Origin: an uncultured virus (IMG/VR IMGVR_UViG_3300028734_000015)
Lineage: Duplodnaviria; Heunggongvirae; Uroviricota; Caudoviricetes
DNA: 64,000 bases
IMG/VR virus record: IMGVR_UViG_3300028734_000015
Reading direction: 5' to 3' (one strand)
The notes below the pieces were generated by a model, which searched no databases, was not told the origin of the DNA, and saw only the letters and a list, made by a program, of their open reading frames with translations. A program made the position numbers and the translations under genes. This document shows, one piece after another, positions 38,647 through 49,066 of the stretch (its first letter is position 1; each line of letters begins with the position of its first letter).

Positions 38647-41600
38647 TAAATCTCAAATAAATACATTTGGTGCTGGAATGAACCTAGATACCGATAAGAG
38701 TCTATTAAAAAGTACTCAATATAGATATGCTGAGAATATCAGAACGGTAACCAATAACAATGCTACTACTGGTTCTATAACCAACATAGAAGGTTCTACT
38801 GAGTTACTTAACACTCAGAGTATATTTTCTGCTGGAGAAGAGATCATAGCAACATCTACAATTAGAGATATTGGCGTTGTATTTACTAAATTTCCAAAAG
38901 TCGTAGTGGGTACCTTGTCGTATCAGTATATAGATGATAATGATCCAGCAACTATATCTATACCACATATACCACAGCAATCAGTTTATGTAGAGGATTC
39001 TAGAGTTACTCCATCGCCTATAGATTTAACTCCTAATTATTTTCACGTGGATACGGTTCATGTAAATAACGAATCTCCAGAAAGAGTTATTTGTGGGTTT
39101 AGTGATCTTATTCCTAGGAATATGACTATCAGTATACGAGTTACCTATAATGATAGTACGACAGATGAATTAAGCCCGATTATTGGTCCAGATACCCCTA
39201 CATATACTACTAACGCCACATTAGATACATTAGTAATAGATTTAACTAAGACGTTCAATACAACGCTTAGTGTGCTTAGTATTGAAGTTCTTTCATTTGA
39301 ATTTAAAAACAATGGAATACCATGTGATGAAAATGGGGGTGAAAATTGGGATCCAAATGCAGATCCTCTCACTATAAGATATAAGGGAGCTACTCAGTAT
39401 TTTAGATATGAGTTAACTGGACTTGATTCAGGTCCATCTCTAGTTACTGAGCCAGACATAGTTACATGGCACTATGACATAGTCCCAGAACAGTTAGCGT
39501 TCACTTCGAATGTACTTAGTATATCATCTGGTTCTGTTGCAAATACAATAAAAATAACTCTTGAAACTCCTTTAAACACAACTAGAAATGTTACTGGAGT
39601 TATATTTAACTCTACTTCTGGAAAGTATAATGGGGTGAAATCTATGACGTTTGTTAATAATACTACATTATACTTTAATGGTAATTATACTGATATAATA
39701 TTTAACAGAGAGGTTGAAATATTAAGTTTTACAAAGGCTCTAGATGGAAAGATAAATGTAAATGCCCCATCTCATTTAATACCTGCTGGTCAAAACAGAC
39801 AAGTGTTTATTCAGTCCACAAATGGAGTATATGACACCACTGTTACTGCATCATATGTAGATGCTGATAATTTATATATATATTATGAATTCTCAGATAA
39901 TATTGAAAAATCATTTAAAATATATAGAGTCACATTTACTAATAATACTACACCAATATTTAAAAATGTAGTCAACCCAAATGGTGTAGACTTTGATATT
40001 CCAGAAGACGCACCAATAAGTATAGTTGGTAGATATGAAGATTTTGATAATATTAAAGTATACTGGGCAGATGGGTCTAATTTTACTAGGGTTATAAATA
40101 TTGCAGAAAGTAATGACTCTAAAAATGCATTAATAGAAAATGAAACTATGTTTGATATAGTTCCATCTTCTAGTCTTCCTGCGCCATCTATTACTTCCAT
40201 AGGGGCTGGACGATTAAATGCTGGATTAATACAATATTTCTATCAACTATATAGTCCATCTGGAGGAGAAACTGAATTAAGTCCATCTAGTCCAGTAGTC
40301 CATTTGACAGAGAGCGAACAGTCTGATTATAGTATTAGTTATCTTGGTACTGGATTAGGAGAGATATATGGAAAACCAACTGGTAAATCTGTTAAAGTGT
40401 CTATAGACATACCAACAGGGAGCCAGTTTACAAAATTAAAATTAATATCTTTATACTATTATAATTATTCTGATGTACCGACAATAACTATAGTAAAAGA
40501 AACTGATATAACTACATCTGTATTTAACAATAAGGTATTTGTAGAAGATGGTGGCACTAGTGCTCTTGGCGAGTTAACTCAAGCAGAGTTTAATCTTATA
40601 GGTGGAAATGTTTTTAAGCCTACATATATAGAAAGTAAAGATAACATACTATTTGCTGCAAATACAACTGAAGATACATGGGATATTCCAATATCTAAAT
40701 ACGATACTAGATCATATCAGTTTAATTCTAGTAAGACCGCTTTATTATATGATTCGGCTGGAGGAACATTGTCATTATCTGTTGATACTTTAAATTTAGT
40801 TCCAGAGACACATGATTGTATACATAAAGAAATTTATAGTGAAGATAGATATTCTGATTTACTATATATATATGATAGATATGGTAATTTAGGTGGAACT
40901 GGGTTAAATATAGATTATAAGTTTGCTAATACATACTTTATAGAGTCTTATGGAGATTATTATAATAAAAAAAATACTAATGGTGCCTGGGCCTCTGATG
41001 GCGATAAGTATATAGATCAAAGGACTGCTAGGATAGGAGATAAAAAACGTAGTATATCTAAATTAACTACAGTTGATAGTTCTGGCGTAACAACAGATAT
41101 TAATTTAACCGATTTAAATATACCTATTCATAATGGATTTTTAAATTATTCTAATCCATATTTGTCTAACAACTTAACATCATACCAAAGAGATGAGATA
41201 TATAGATTTGCATGTGTATTCTATGATGCAAAAGGAAGAAAATCTCCTGCTAAATGGATAGCCGATATAAGATTCCCAGCTGGATATATAGAATCATCTA
41301 GTTGGAACTCTAGTATATTTGAAACCCCTGCAGAATCAAATTCTACTGTATATTCTAATACTTTTTTAAACGATCAAGAGCTATTGGTAAAACCGCTTGG
41401 AGTTAAATTTGTACTTAGAAATTTACCTAGCGATATAAAAAAGGTAGAAATAGTAAGAGCAAAAAGAGATATAAACAATAAGACTATATATGCTCAAGGC
41501 GCAATACAGAAGACTGGTACTTATAGAGCGGAATATCAACAAGACCATGATGGCAATGTAGCCAATATAATTGCAGGTGGACTTGTGAATACACTTCGTC

Positions 41601-43969
41601 CTCATCCAGTACTATCAATGGGGTATGCGTTATCTATTACTGGTATTGGTAGATCGCAGAAAAAGTTACACACTCCATCTGTTAGTACAAATTTACCAGA
41701 TGCTTGGATAGAAGATTGGCATGATTTTGATGATAACAGATATTATGTTAACAGTGATCTGGGTAGAATATTACCTAATTATACTGATCATGCAATATCT
41801 CCATATTTCTATAACAAGAGCGACGTTTTATTTATAAATCCAGAAACGTCTTATTATGGGGTAGATTTTACTGAACAATTAAGGAAAGTATCTGGGGCTA
41901 TTGATGCAGATATAGTTGATATAATATATCCAGTATCCACTCCTCCTGTTGTTGGCATGGGAATAAATGTTACAGGTAGTTCCTATTTTGGACATCCTGA
42001 TCATAATAGGTTACAGTTCTATTTAGTTGATGATTCATCTCATAAATATTATCCATCTGCGATGTATTTTGGAGCTGATATAAACAAAAGATTATACACC
42101 ACTGGAATTACCATAAATGATCATTCGGTATTTATGAGTATGGGCTTAGTTGGCGCTAATTATAGACTAGTATCCAACTCCAGTTCTGCTACGCAATACT
42201 TACAAAATGTAGATGCCACTAGAACTGATATTAAATATCCAACTATTGGTTATTTTAATGAACCATTTAAAAGAGCATTTTTATCAATAGGAGGGGTTCT
42301 AAGGTATGTTAGCGGATCCACATATTGTTTTAAGAATGGATTTGTATATGATATTACAAATACATCACACGATAAGGCCCTAATAACTATTGATGATGCC
42401 AATGACGCAGGAGTTAGTGGAATGACATTTAAATATTTTAATAGGTACTCTGGTACTAAATTAAATACTTCTGACACCATATCATTAGTATACCAAAATA
42501 GTAATAGTTTACTTGATTATACTGCATTTACGTATTCTGGATTAAATATCAATAAATCTACCGCCTCTACTCTATTGACTAAAAAGATTAAGTCATTTGA
42601 ATATTCAGGTGATATTGCGTCTGGCCTTCCAATAGAAAAGATTTCTGGTGCTCAATATGTCAGTTCTGGTGGATCACAGTATCTTAATTGGGCTAAACCC
42701 CTTACTACTGGTAATGAGGGAGAACCTAGCCAAAATGACACTATTACTGGTCCTAGTGGAATGACAAAGGTTGGCGGTCCTCATGGGAGCGCTATTATCC
42801 TTAATTTAGAAGTTTCAGAACAGTTTCCAACAATTACTGACATAAACCAAACTAGAAAAAAATATACTTCCGGTGCTCTTTATGATGGATATAAGTCGTT
42901 AGACCGAATAGGGTCTTCTGCGCTAAGTACATTCATTGTTAACTTGAAGGTGATGAATGACTATATATATGGAGGTTCATCATTAGTAGATAGACAATTT
43001 ACTGAATATATATCAACTGGAGTATCATTCGACAATACTGGGGCTAGTATAGAAAAACTAGTATTTGGTGGAGACACATTCATAGGTCTTTTTGACTATA
43101 CACTTGTTATGGCTACTGACCCTTATTGTGATAGTTATGGATCTGATACAAAAGGTAGACACCCTATGATAGAAAATCAAGTAAAACATATAGGAGCCTT
43201 AATACCTGTTGAATCATCAATAAACTTACATTTAGTTAACTCTAAATCCTATATCGCGTCTGATAATAATTTTGCAATACAAAGAGAACCTGGAGTCTAT
43301 TCTCCTGGAGCAAGCCAAGGGAGTGAATGGAAAATTACTCAACAGCTTCCACAGTATTCATATAATTCAGCATATTCGGCTGATATGACTGGTATTGGTT
43401 TTGAATCAAAACTATTAGTAACTGAAGATAATAAAATATTCGATTGTAGAGTATGGTATTCTGGGGCAAAAACTAATGACGAAATATACGATAGTTGGTC
43501 TAAATTTCAAGTTGCTAATTATATAGATGTAGATACCCAATATGGCGAAATTACAGGTATAAGAAAATTTGATAATAAGCTATTTTTTTGGCAAAAGAAT
43601 TCATTTGGAGTATTATCTGTAAATGAAAGAGCGTTAATAAAAGATAATAATATAAGCACATTGACTTTAGGGTCTGGTGGTGTATTAAGTAGGTTTGATT
43701 ACATATCAACATCAAATGGAATGAAAAAAGATATGATATGTGGGATTTCTGATTCTGAGTCTGGATTATATTGGATGGATATAGAAAGAGCTGAAATATG
43801 TATTTATGGTTCTTCTATAACTCCATTATCTAAAGCAAAAGGAATACAAACCGTACTTAATAGTAATAAGTCTAATATTTCAAATAAAATTCCTATGATA
43901 TTTGACAAAAAGTATAATGAGATGATAATAACTTTAAATGGACTTACAGGGGTCGACAATATAAGATAA
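38636..43969 (+). CDS. Muzzle / tail stabilisation protein, N-terminal part
   Basis: ORF 38606-43969, likely start MGTNK; NTFGAGMNLD, YQRDEIYRF, FGGDTFI, NYIDVDTQYG, VNERALI. Confidence 0.8.
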   Translation: MGTNKSQINTFGAGMNLDTDKSLLKSTQYRYAENIRTVTNNNATTGSITNIEGSTELLNTQSIFSAGEEIIATSTIRDIGVVFTKFPKVVVGTLSYQYIDDNDPATISIPHIPQQSVYVEDSRVTPSPIDLTPNYFHVDTVHVNNESPERVICGFSDLIPRNMTISIRVTYNDSTTDELSPIIGPDTPTYTTNATLDTLVIDLTKTFNTTLSVLSIEVLSFEFKNNGIPCDENGGENWDPNADPLTIRYKGATQYFRYELTGLDSGPSLVTEPDIVTWHYDIVPEQLAFTSNVLSISSGSVANTIKITLETPLNTTRNVTGVIFNSTSGKYNGVKSMTFVNNTTLYFNGNYTDIIFNREVEILSFTKALDGKINVNAPSHLIPAGQNRQVFIQSTNGVYDTTVTASYVDADNLYIYYEFSDNIEKSFKIYRVTFTNNTTPIFKNVVNPNGVDFDIPEDAPISIVGRYEDFDNIKVYWADGSNFTRVINIAESNDSKNALIENETMFDIVPSSSLPAPSITSIGAGRLNAGLIQYFYQLYSPSGGETELSPSSPVVHLTESEQSDYSISYLGTGLGEIYGKPTGKSVKVSIDIPTGSQFTKLKLISLYYYNYSDVPTITIVKETDITTSVFNNKVFVEDGGTSALGELTQAEFNLIGGNVFKPTYIESKDNILFAANTTEDTWDIPISKYDTRSYQFNSSKTALLYDSAGGTLSLSVDTLNLVPETHDCIHKEIYSEDRYSDLLYIYDRYGNLGGTGLNIDYKFANTYFIESYGDYYNKKNTNGAWASDGDKYIDQRTARIGDKKRSISKLTTVDSSGVTTDINLTDLNIPIHNGFLNYSNPYLSNNLTSYQRDEIYRFACVFYDAKGRKSPAKWIADIRFPAGYIESSSWNSSIFETPAESNSTVYSNTFLNDQELLVKPLGVKFVLRNLPSDIKKVEIVRAKRDINNKTIYAQGAIQKTGTYRAEYQQDHDGNVANIIAGGLVNTLRPHPVLSMGYALSITGIGRSQKKLHTPSVSTNLPDAWIEDWHDFDDNRYYVNSDLGRILPNYTDHAISPYFYNKSDVLFINPETSYYGVDFTEQLRKVSGAIDADIVDIIYPVSTPPVVGMGINVTGSSYFGHPDHNRLQFYLVDDSSHKYYPSAMYFGADINKRLYTTGITINDHSVFMSMGLVGANYRLVSNSSSATQYLQNVDATRTDIKYPTIGYFNEPFKRAFLSIGGVLRYVSGSTYCFKNGFVYDITNTSHDKALITIDDANDAGVSGMTFKYFNRYSGTKLNTSDTISLVYQNSNSLLDYTAFTYSGLNINKSTASTLLTKKIKSFEYSGDIASGLPIEKISGAQYVSSGGSQYLNWAKPLTTGNEGEPSQNDTITGPSGMTKVGGPHGSAIILNLEVSEQFPTITDINQTRKKYTSGALYDGYKSLDRIGSSALSTFIVNLKVMNDYIYGGSSLVDRQFTEYISTGVSFDNTGASIEKLVFGGDTFIGLFDYTLVMATDPYCDSYGSDTKGRHPMIENQVKHIGALIPVESSINLHLVNSKSYIASDNNFAIQREPGVYSPGASQGSEWKITQQLPQYSYNSAYSADMTGIGFESKLLVTEDNKIFDCRVWYSGAKTNDEIYDSWSKFQVANYIDVDTQYGEITGIRKFDNKLFFWQKNSFGVLSVNERALIKDNNISTLTLGSGGVLSRFDYISTSNGMKKDMICGISDSESGLYWMDIERAEICIYGSSITPLSKAKGIQTVLNSNKSNISNKIPMIFDKKYNEMIITLNGLTGVDNIR

Positions 43970-45021
43970 TGTTAAATACTTTAAATTACTCTGAGATTAC
44001 TCAGTCTTTTATGTCATTCTTATCATCAAAACCATCTTGGTATCTAGACTTTAAAGATAAGTACTACTCTATAGACGCCAATGGGGATATGCTATTACAT
44101 AATTCAAATATTATATATAATAAATTATCTTCAACTACATATCCTGATAGATCATTTTTTAGATTAGTAGTTAATGAAAATTACCCACTTACAAAAACAT
44201 TTGATAATGTCGAATATTCTGGGGATAATATTTCTTTAATGGTTCAACTACATAAGTTCTATACGTTAACTCAAAATAGCCTTTCTATAGAAACTTCATC
44301 TATAGATATACGAGAGGATTCATACAAATTTGCTATTCCTAGGAATACAACAACTGAATCAGAAACTGTATCAACACCAGTTGTTCCCACATTAATAGGA
44401 ACCACTAGAGGCGAGATTGGATATGCATATCTTAATACATTGTATATATCTACTGTACTAGGATCTAATGCTATAGCAGCTAATTTATGTAGAAATTATA
44501 TATCAAGTGGTAATTCAGGTAAACTTCCAACGTTAGGAGATATGAATGCTATCATGTCAAATTCTTCGTTATTGGGGCTAGATAGAAATTTGATATACCT
44601 AACCTCTTCCGAAAGAGATATATCGTCTGCATATACATCTACTGGATGGATAAATAAACAAGCATCAAATCAGACTAGAGTTAGACCGATAATATATGTA
44701 AACGTCCCAAATGGTCCTAGTGCATATGTTGTTGGTTATGAGATATATTCTGGGTGGGTAATAGGATATATATTTCTTCCAGAAGATTATGGATATACTA
44801 CTGATTCAAAAAAACTTATATGTGTAGCTAAAGTAGATGTTGGGGTTAATGTTCCATGGTCGTCTTTAGATCCAATAGAGACTACAATCCAAGTTCCTGG
44901 TAAATTTGCAGACAGAATGAGAGGAAAGTATCTAATAAGTGATTACTCATTTCAAAACAATAGTGGGAAGATGTTTGTTCTTCCATTTATAGAAACAAAA
45001 TATAGACATTCAATGATATAA
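43969..45021 (+). CDS. Muzzle C-terminal part with inserted Lcl/DUF1566-like domain
   Basis: TKTFDNV, REDSYKFAIPR, RMRGKY, YRHSMI; TAATG-coupled. Confidence 0.7.
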   Translation: MLNTLNYSEITQSFMSFLSSKPSWYLDFKDKYYSIDANGDMLLHNSNIIYNKLSSTTYPDRSFFRLVVNENYPLTKTFDNVEYSGDNISLMVQLHKFYTLTQNSLSIETSSIDIREDSYKFAIPRNTTTESETVSTPVVPTLIGTTRGEIGYAYLNTLYISTVLGSNAIAANLCRNYISSGNSGKLPTLGDMNAIMSNSSLLGLDRNLIYLTSSERDISSAYTSTGWINKQASNQTRVRPIIYVNVPNGPSAYVVGYEIYSGWVIGYIFLPEDYGYTTDSKKLICVAKVDVGVNVPWSSLDPIETTIQVPGKFADRMRGKYLISDYSFQNNSGKMFVLPFIETKYRHSMI

Positions 45022-45022
45022 T

Positions 45023-47107
45023 ATGAATAAGAAGATGAAAGTGAAGCCTATGTTTGCTTCTAAAAAGAAATTACCTAAATTTGCCGATGGGTTGGTACCA
45101 GAGTATTTAAATCAGCAAGCATATGGACTTACTGGCGCCACTCCAACTTCTGGTCCTAATTTAACTCTAGGCGCTAGTAAATTGGCATCTGGTACTGCCA
45201 CTAGTATAGGGGCTCCTAAACAGACTATAGGCATTTCTAATGCTACTTTAGGTGGAGTCGGTAATATTGCTACTGGTGTTGGAAGTATGCTTAAAAATGA
45301 TGACGCTAGTTCTGTTGGTAGTTATGCTGGAGATATGTTAAGTTCTGCTGGTCAGGGAGCGTCTATGGGTGCTGCATTGGGTCCTATAGGGGCTGGTGTA
45401 GGTGCCGTGGCTGGTGGTATATACGGATTTTTTAACGCTGCTGATGCTCAAAAGAAACAAGAAATGGCGCAAAGAAAAGAAGCCATAAATACTACTTTAT
45501 CTGCAAATCAAGATGTCTCTGGAAATGTAAATGCTCAATATAATTTAAGAAACTTTGCAAACGATAGAGTCCCTGGTTTAAATAAAGGCACGGTAAGATT
45601 TAAGTCTAATCAACAAAATCCTAATCAGCCAAATGCCATGGTTGCTGGTCAAGAAGGCATTATGGATGGACAGACAGGTAGAGTTTCTACAGTGCCTGGA
45701 CAATATAGTACTACTAATCCAGATGTTATACCTGCTAATTTAACTGAAGGTAGTTCTGTATTTTCAAATAAAAAATCACAAACATTACCAGGAGGGAGAA
45801 GTACTCCTGCGGATATAATTGCAAGAACTGAAAAGATGCAAAAGATAAATGATAAAATACTAAATCCGAAAGATGGAGATAGAAAATTAAGTCGATTAGA
45901 TCAATTGACTGCAAAACTAAATCAAAGTAATATACAGAAACAAGCAAATAATTTGAATAAATTTAACGCCCTTGTAAATCCACAGCAAAGTCAAGGTAAT
46001 TTACCTGGTTATGATAATGGAATTGTAGATACTGCTACTAATGATAGATTAAATAAACTTGGATCAGAAATAAGTACTACCCAGCCAGTAGATCCAATAA
46101 CTGGAGAGGTGGTATATACTAAAGTTCCAATTAGAACTGGAGAGACCATGGCGAAAAATGCTGTTCCATATTTAAATGATTTAGCTACAAAAACTTGGGG
46201 CGGTAAATATAATTTTGGAACATTAAATGGTTCGTTAGATCAATCTTTGGCTGGTTATTATGCTGGGGAGATAAATAAGCAAGATCCAAAATACAAAGTT
46301 GGTAGTTCTACTGGATATCAGGCTGGTAAATATAAAATACCTCTTAGTAAATCTCAAGCTGATAAATATAGGATTGGAGATTCACCTGCTACCGTACTGC
46401 AGGAGCAACAAACTACTTCTGCTCCTGCAGTTAATGCGCAAGATGCAAAGACTCAAATTGACCAATCATATATTAATAATATAAAGACAACCCAGGATAA
46501 ATTAAATCCAAATGCTCCGAGTAAGATAGATTTTAATTCTATTGGAAACAAATTAATGTCATTGGCTCCTATTGCATATAATGCCAGGAACTCAAGTCCT
46601 GAGGTAGCCTCTCCAATGTATCAAGATTATATGAACCCTAATCAACGATATAACATAGCTCCAGAGCTTGCAGAGAGTACTAAACAACGTCAAATGTCCA
46701 GATATGCTAATGCATCTATAAATACTGGTACAGGAGCTAATATGGCTTATGGAGCAGATGCATATTCTAGAGGTAGTGATCAATTGTCTGGATTAATGGG
46801 TAAGGCTCAACTTGCAAATGCTGGATATAGAGAAGATTATGCAAATAGATATAATCAGAACGTTGCAACTAATACCGCAGAGGACAAGAGAATATATGAT
46901 GTTAACGCTAGAAATAGAGCCGCTGCTAGAACATTTGGATCTAAAAATGCAGAAATGTTAAGCCAATATGCACAAGTAAATCAATTAATGGGTAATCAGA
47001 AGAAGGCTGACGTATTAAATAGCAATATATGGCAAGCATATTCTTCTGCAGTTAGTCCAGAGCAAAAAGCATATCTACAATCATTAATAAGTCAATATAC
47101 TAAATAA
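45023..47107 (+). CDS. Virion cargo (ejection) protein
   Basis: 694 aa, Gly/Ala-rich hydrophobic segment, follows muzzle. Confidence 0.7.
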   Translation: MNKKMKVKPMFASKKKLPKFADGLVPEYLNQQAYGLTGATPTSGPNLTLGASKLASGTATSIGAPKQTIGISNATLGGVGNIATGVGSMLKNDDASSVGSYAGDMLSSAGQGASMGAALGPIGAGVGAVAGGIYGFFNAADAQKKQEMAQRKEAINTTLSANQDVSGNVNAQYNLRNFANDRVPGLNKGTVRFKSNQQNPNQPNAMVAGQEGIMDGQTGRVSTVPGQYSTTNPDVIPANLTEGSSVFSNKKSQTLPGGRSTPADIIARTEKMQKINDKILNPKDGDRKLSRLDQLTAKLNQSNIQKQANNLNKFNALVNPQQSQGNLPGYDNGIVDTATNDRLNKLGSEISTTQPVDPITGEVVYTKVPIRTGETMAKNAVPYLNDLATKTWGGKYNFGTLNGSLDQSLAGYYAGEINKQDPKYKVGSSTGYQAGKYKIPLSKSQADKYRIGDSPATVLQEQQTTSAPAVNAQDAKTQIDQSYINNIKTTQDKLNPNAPSKIDFNSIGNKLMSLAPIAYNARNSSPEVASPMYQDYMNPNQRYNIAPELAESTKQRQMSRYANASINTGTGANMAYGADAYSRGSDQLSGLMGKAQLANAGYREDYANRYNQNVATNTAEDKRIYDVNARNRAAARTFGSKNAEMLSQYAQVNQLMGNQKKADVLNSNIWQAYSSAVSPEQKAYLQSLISQYTK

Positions 47108-47109
47108 TA

Positions 47110-49044
47110 ATGGTAAACTTATACGATAGCCCAGCACAGGCTCAATTTATTAATACATATGTGCCTATACAGTTTGATGGTTTATATAAAATGGCCGATA
47201 AGGCGCAGAAAGATATGGACACTGGAACTGCCCTTTTAGATAAGTTATCTGAGAATCAATCTCTCGGGTCTTTGTCTGCTGTAGATAATGCTACATGGAA
47301 AAGTCAAGTCTCAGATCCAATTCAAAAGGTAGTAGATGAAAACGTTAAAAGTAATTACGACTTGACTAATCCTACTGTATTAGGTAAACTTTCATCTTTA
47401 ACAAGAAGGATAGCAGGAAGCCCTTTAGCTAAAACCCTTATAAACTCAAGAGACTCGCTTAAACAAGCTGCCACTAAGGTAGATCCTCAATGGGGAGATA
47501 CCTATGCTGATAAGTTTAAAAGCTATGATTCGTCTAAGAGTGGTGAATATACTGGATCTCCAATGGATTACGTTGGGTGGGAAAAGACTGGAGATCAGTT
47601 TACTTCTGATATAACACCTAGATATGTTGGCACTAAAGGAGGTTATAGGGTAATGAAAATAGATCCAAATGATATTAATCAAGTGGTTAATGAGAAATCA
47701 AATGAAATAAGTTCTAATCCTCAGGTTAATATGTTAATCGATAAAGACGTCCAAGAAGGAAGAGTGGATATGAGTAAATACTCCACTATCGATCCAACAA
47801 CTAAACAGCCAGTAGTTAATCCAAATTGGAAAACTTTGTATGCTAAAGATATGATAGCCAAAACAAAGATGGATGCAACTAAAGGGGCTAAATATGAATA
47901 CGACCAAGCTGCTGCTGATGCTAGAAGAGACACTGAAACTAGATTATATCATGCTCAAACTCTTGCACAAAAACAACAAGTTATTGAGAAGAACAACATT
48001 GTTGAGAATTACTTAACTGATAAGATAATTGGTGCAAGTGCAGATAAAGGAAATGATTTTAGGAATGTAGTAACATCTAGGTTAGCAGGAATAAAAGATC
48101 CAAACGAAAGATTTAATAGGGCATCTCAGATTTTTGGTCCAGGAGCCGCTTCATTTATGATGTCATCAATGAAGAATGATGATAATTCAAGACAATTGCA
48201 GAACCTACAGAGTCAACGTGCTGCAGCTCAAGCCGCAGGAGCCCCTACTAATAATATTGATAAGAGTATAAGTGCATTAAATGCTTCTATAAGTAAGAAT
48301 AACAACGATATGAACAATTCTATGCCAGCGTTCAATGCTGTTGTTCAGAGAGAGGAGAACCTGGCTAGAGCTGGTAAAAGTAATGTATGGTCTAAAGAAC
48401 ATATTGCTTCACTTAATACTGTTGAAATGCCTTACCAGGTAAGTAATGCTTATTCTGAGGCTAATTATGGCAAAAAGATACAGGTTCTTCCTACTGCTGG
48501 TGGCTCACTAGAAGGATTTACTGGGCCGGTATCTAGATTAAAACTCAGAACAAACCACGGAAGTGATGATAGAGGAGATATACTTAATGAAATGACATCA
48601 AGAATAAAAGATCCTAATTTTAGAAGGCAAATGGCTCCGGTATTATCTGGATTCATATCAAATGTTGCTAGTGGTAAATACGAGAATAGAGGATTTTCTG
48701 TTCCTTCTGGTTCTGCTGTTATTGATGGGAATAAAGCAAATGCTAAATCTGTTTACTATGTACCAGAAGAAGCATTAACACCAAACGAGGCAATGATTCT
48801 TAAGAAGCTATACGGATCTCAAGAGATCGTTACAAAAGACAATACATATGATGCAGAAAATGCTATCCAAACTAGTGTTAAAAAGAAATATATACCAATA
48901 CCATCCTATATGTCTTCAGTAGATTTAAATAACCCTACTTCCAATACAATTGCAAATTCTATATTGGCTCATGATGCTAATGTAAAATTCGGTAAAACAA
49001 ATGCATCTACTAGTTACAGCAATATACAGTCAGAAGAAGAATAA
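47110..49044 (+). CDS. Virion cargo (ejection) protein
   Basis: 644 aa, AQAQFINTYVPI N-terminus; synteny. Confidence 0.7.
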   Translation: MVNLYDSPAQAQFINTYVPIQFDGLYKMADKAQKDMDTGTALLDKLSENQSLGSLSAVDNATWKSQVSDPIQKVVDENVKSNYDLTNPTVLGKLSSLTRRIAGSPLAKTLINSRDSLKQAATKVDPQWGDTYADKFKSYDSSKSGEYTGSPMDYVGWEKTGDQFTSDITPRYVGTKGGYRVMKIDPNDINQVVNEKSNEISSNPQVNMLIDKDVQEGRVDMSKYSTIDPTTKQPVVNPNWKTLYAKDMIAKTKMDATKGAKYEYDQAAADARRDTETRLYHAQTLAQKQQVIEKNNIVENYLTDKIIGASADKGNDFRNVVTSRLAGIKDPNERFNRASQIFGPGAASFMMSSMKNDDNSRQLQNLQSQRAAAQAAGAPTNNIDKSISALNASISKNNNDMNNSMPAFNAVVQREENLARAGKSNVWSKEHIASLNTVEMPYQVSNAYSEANYGKKIQVLPTAGGSLEGFTGPVSRLKLRTNHGSDDRGDILNEMTSRIKDPNFRRQMAPVLSGFISNVASGKYENRGFSVPSGSAVIDGNKANAKSVYYVPEEALTPNEAMILKKLYGSQEIVTKDNTYDAENAIQTSVKKKYIPIPSYMSSVDLNNPTSNTIANSILAHDANVKFGKTNASTSYSNIQSEEE

Positions 49045-49066
49045 CCAATACCAATAAAAAGTAATA

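Noticed and set aside
30765..45021. Diversity-generating retroelement targeting the lectin-fold domains
   Set aside because: No reverse transcriptase and no template/variable repeat pair seen in this window
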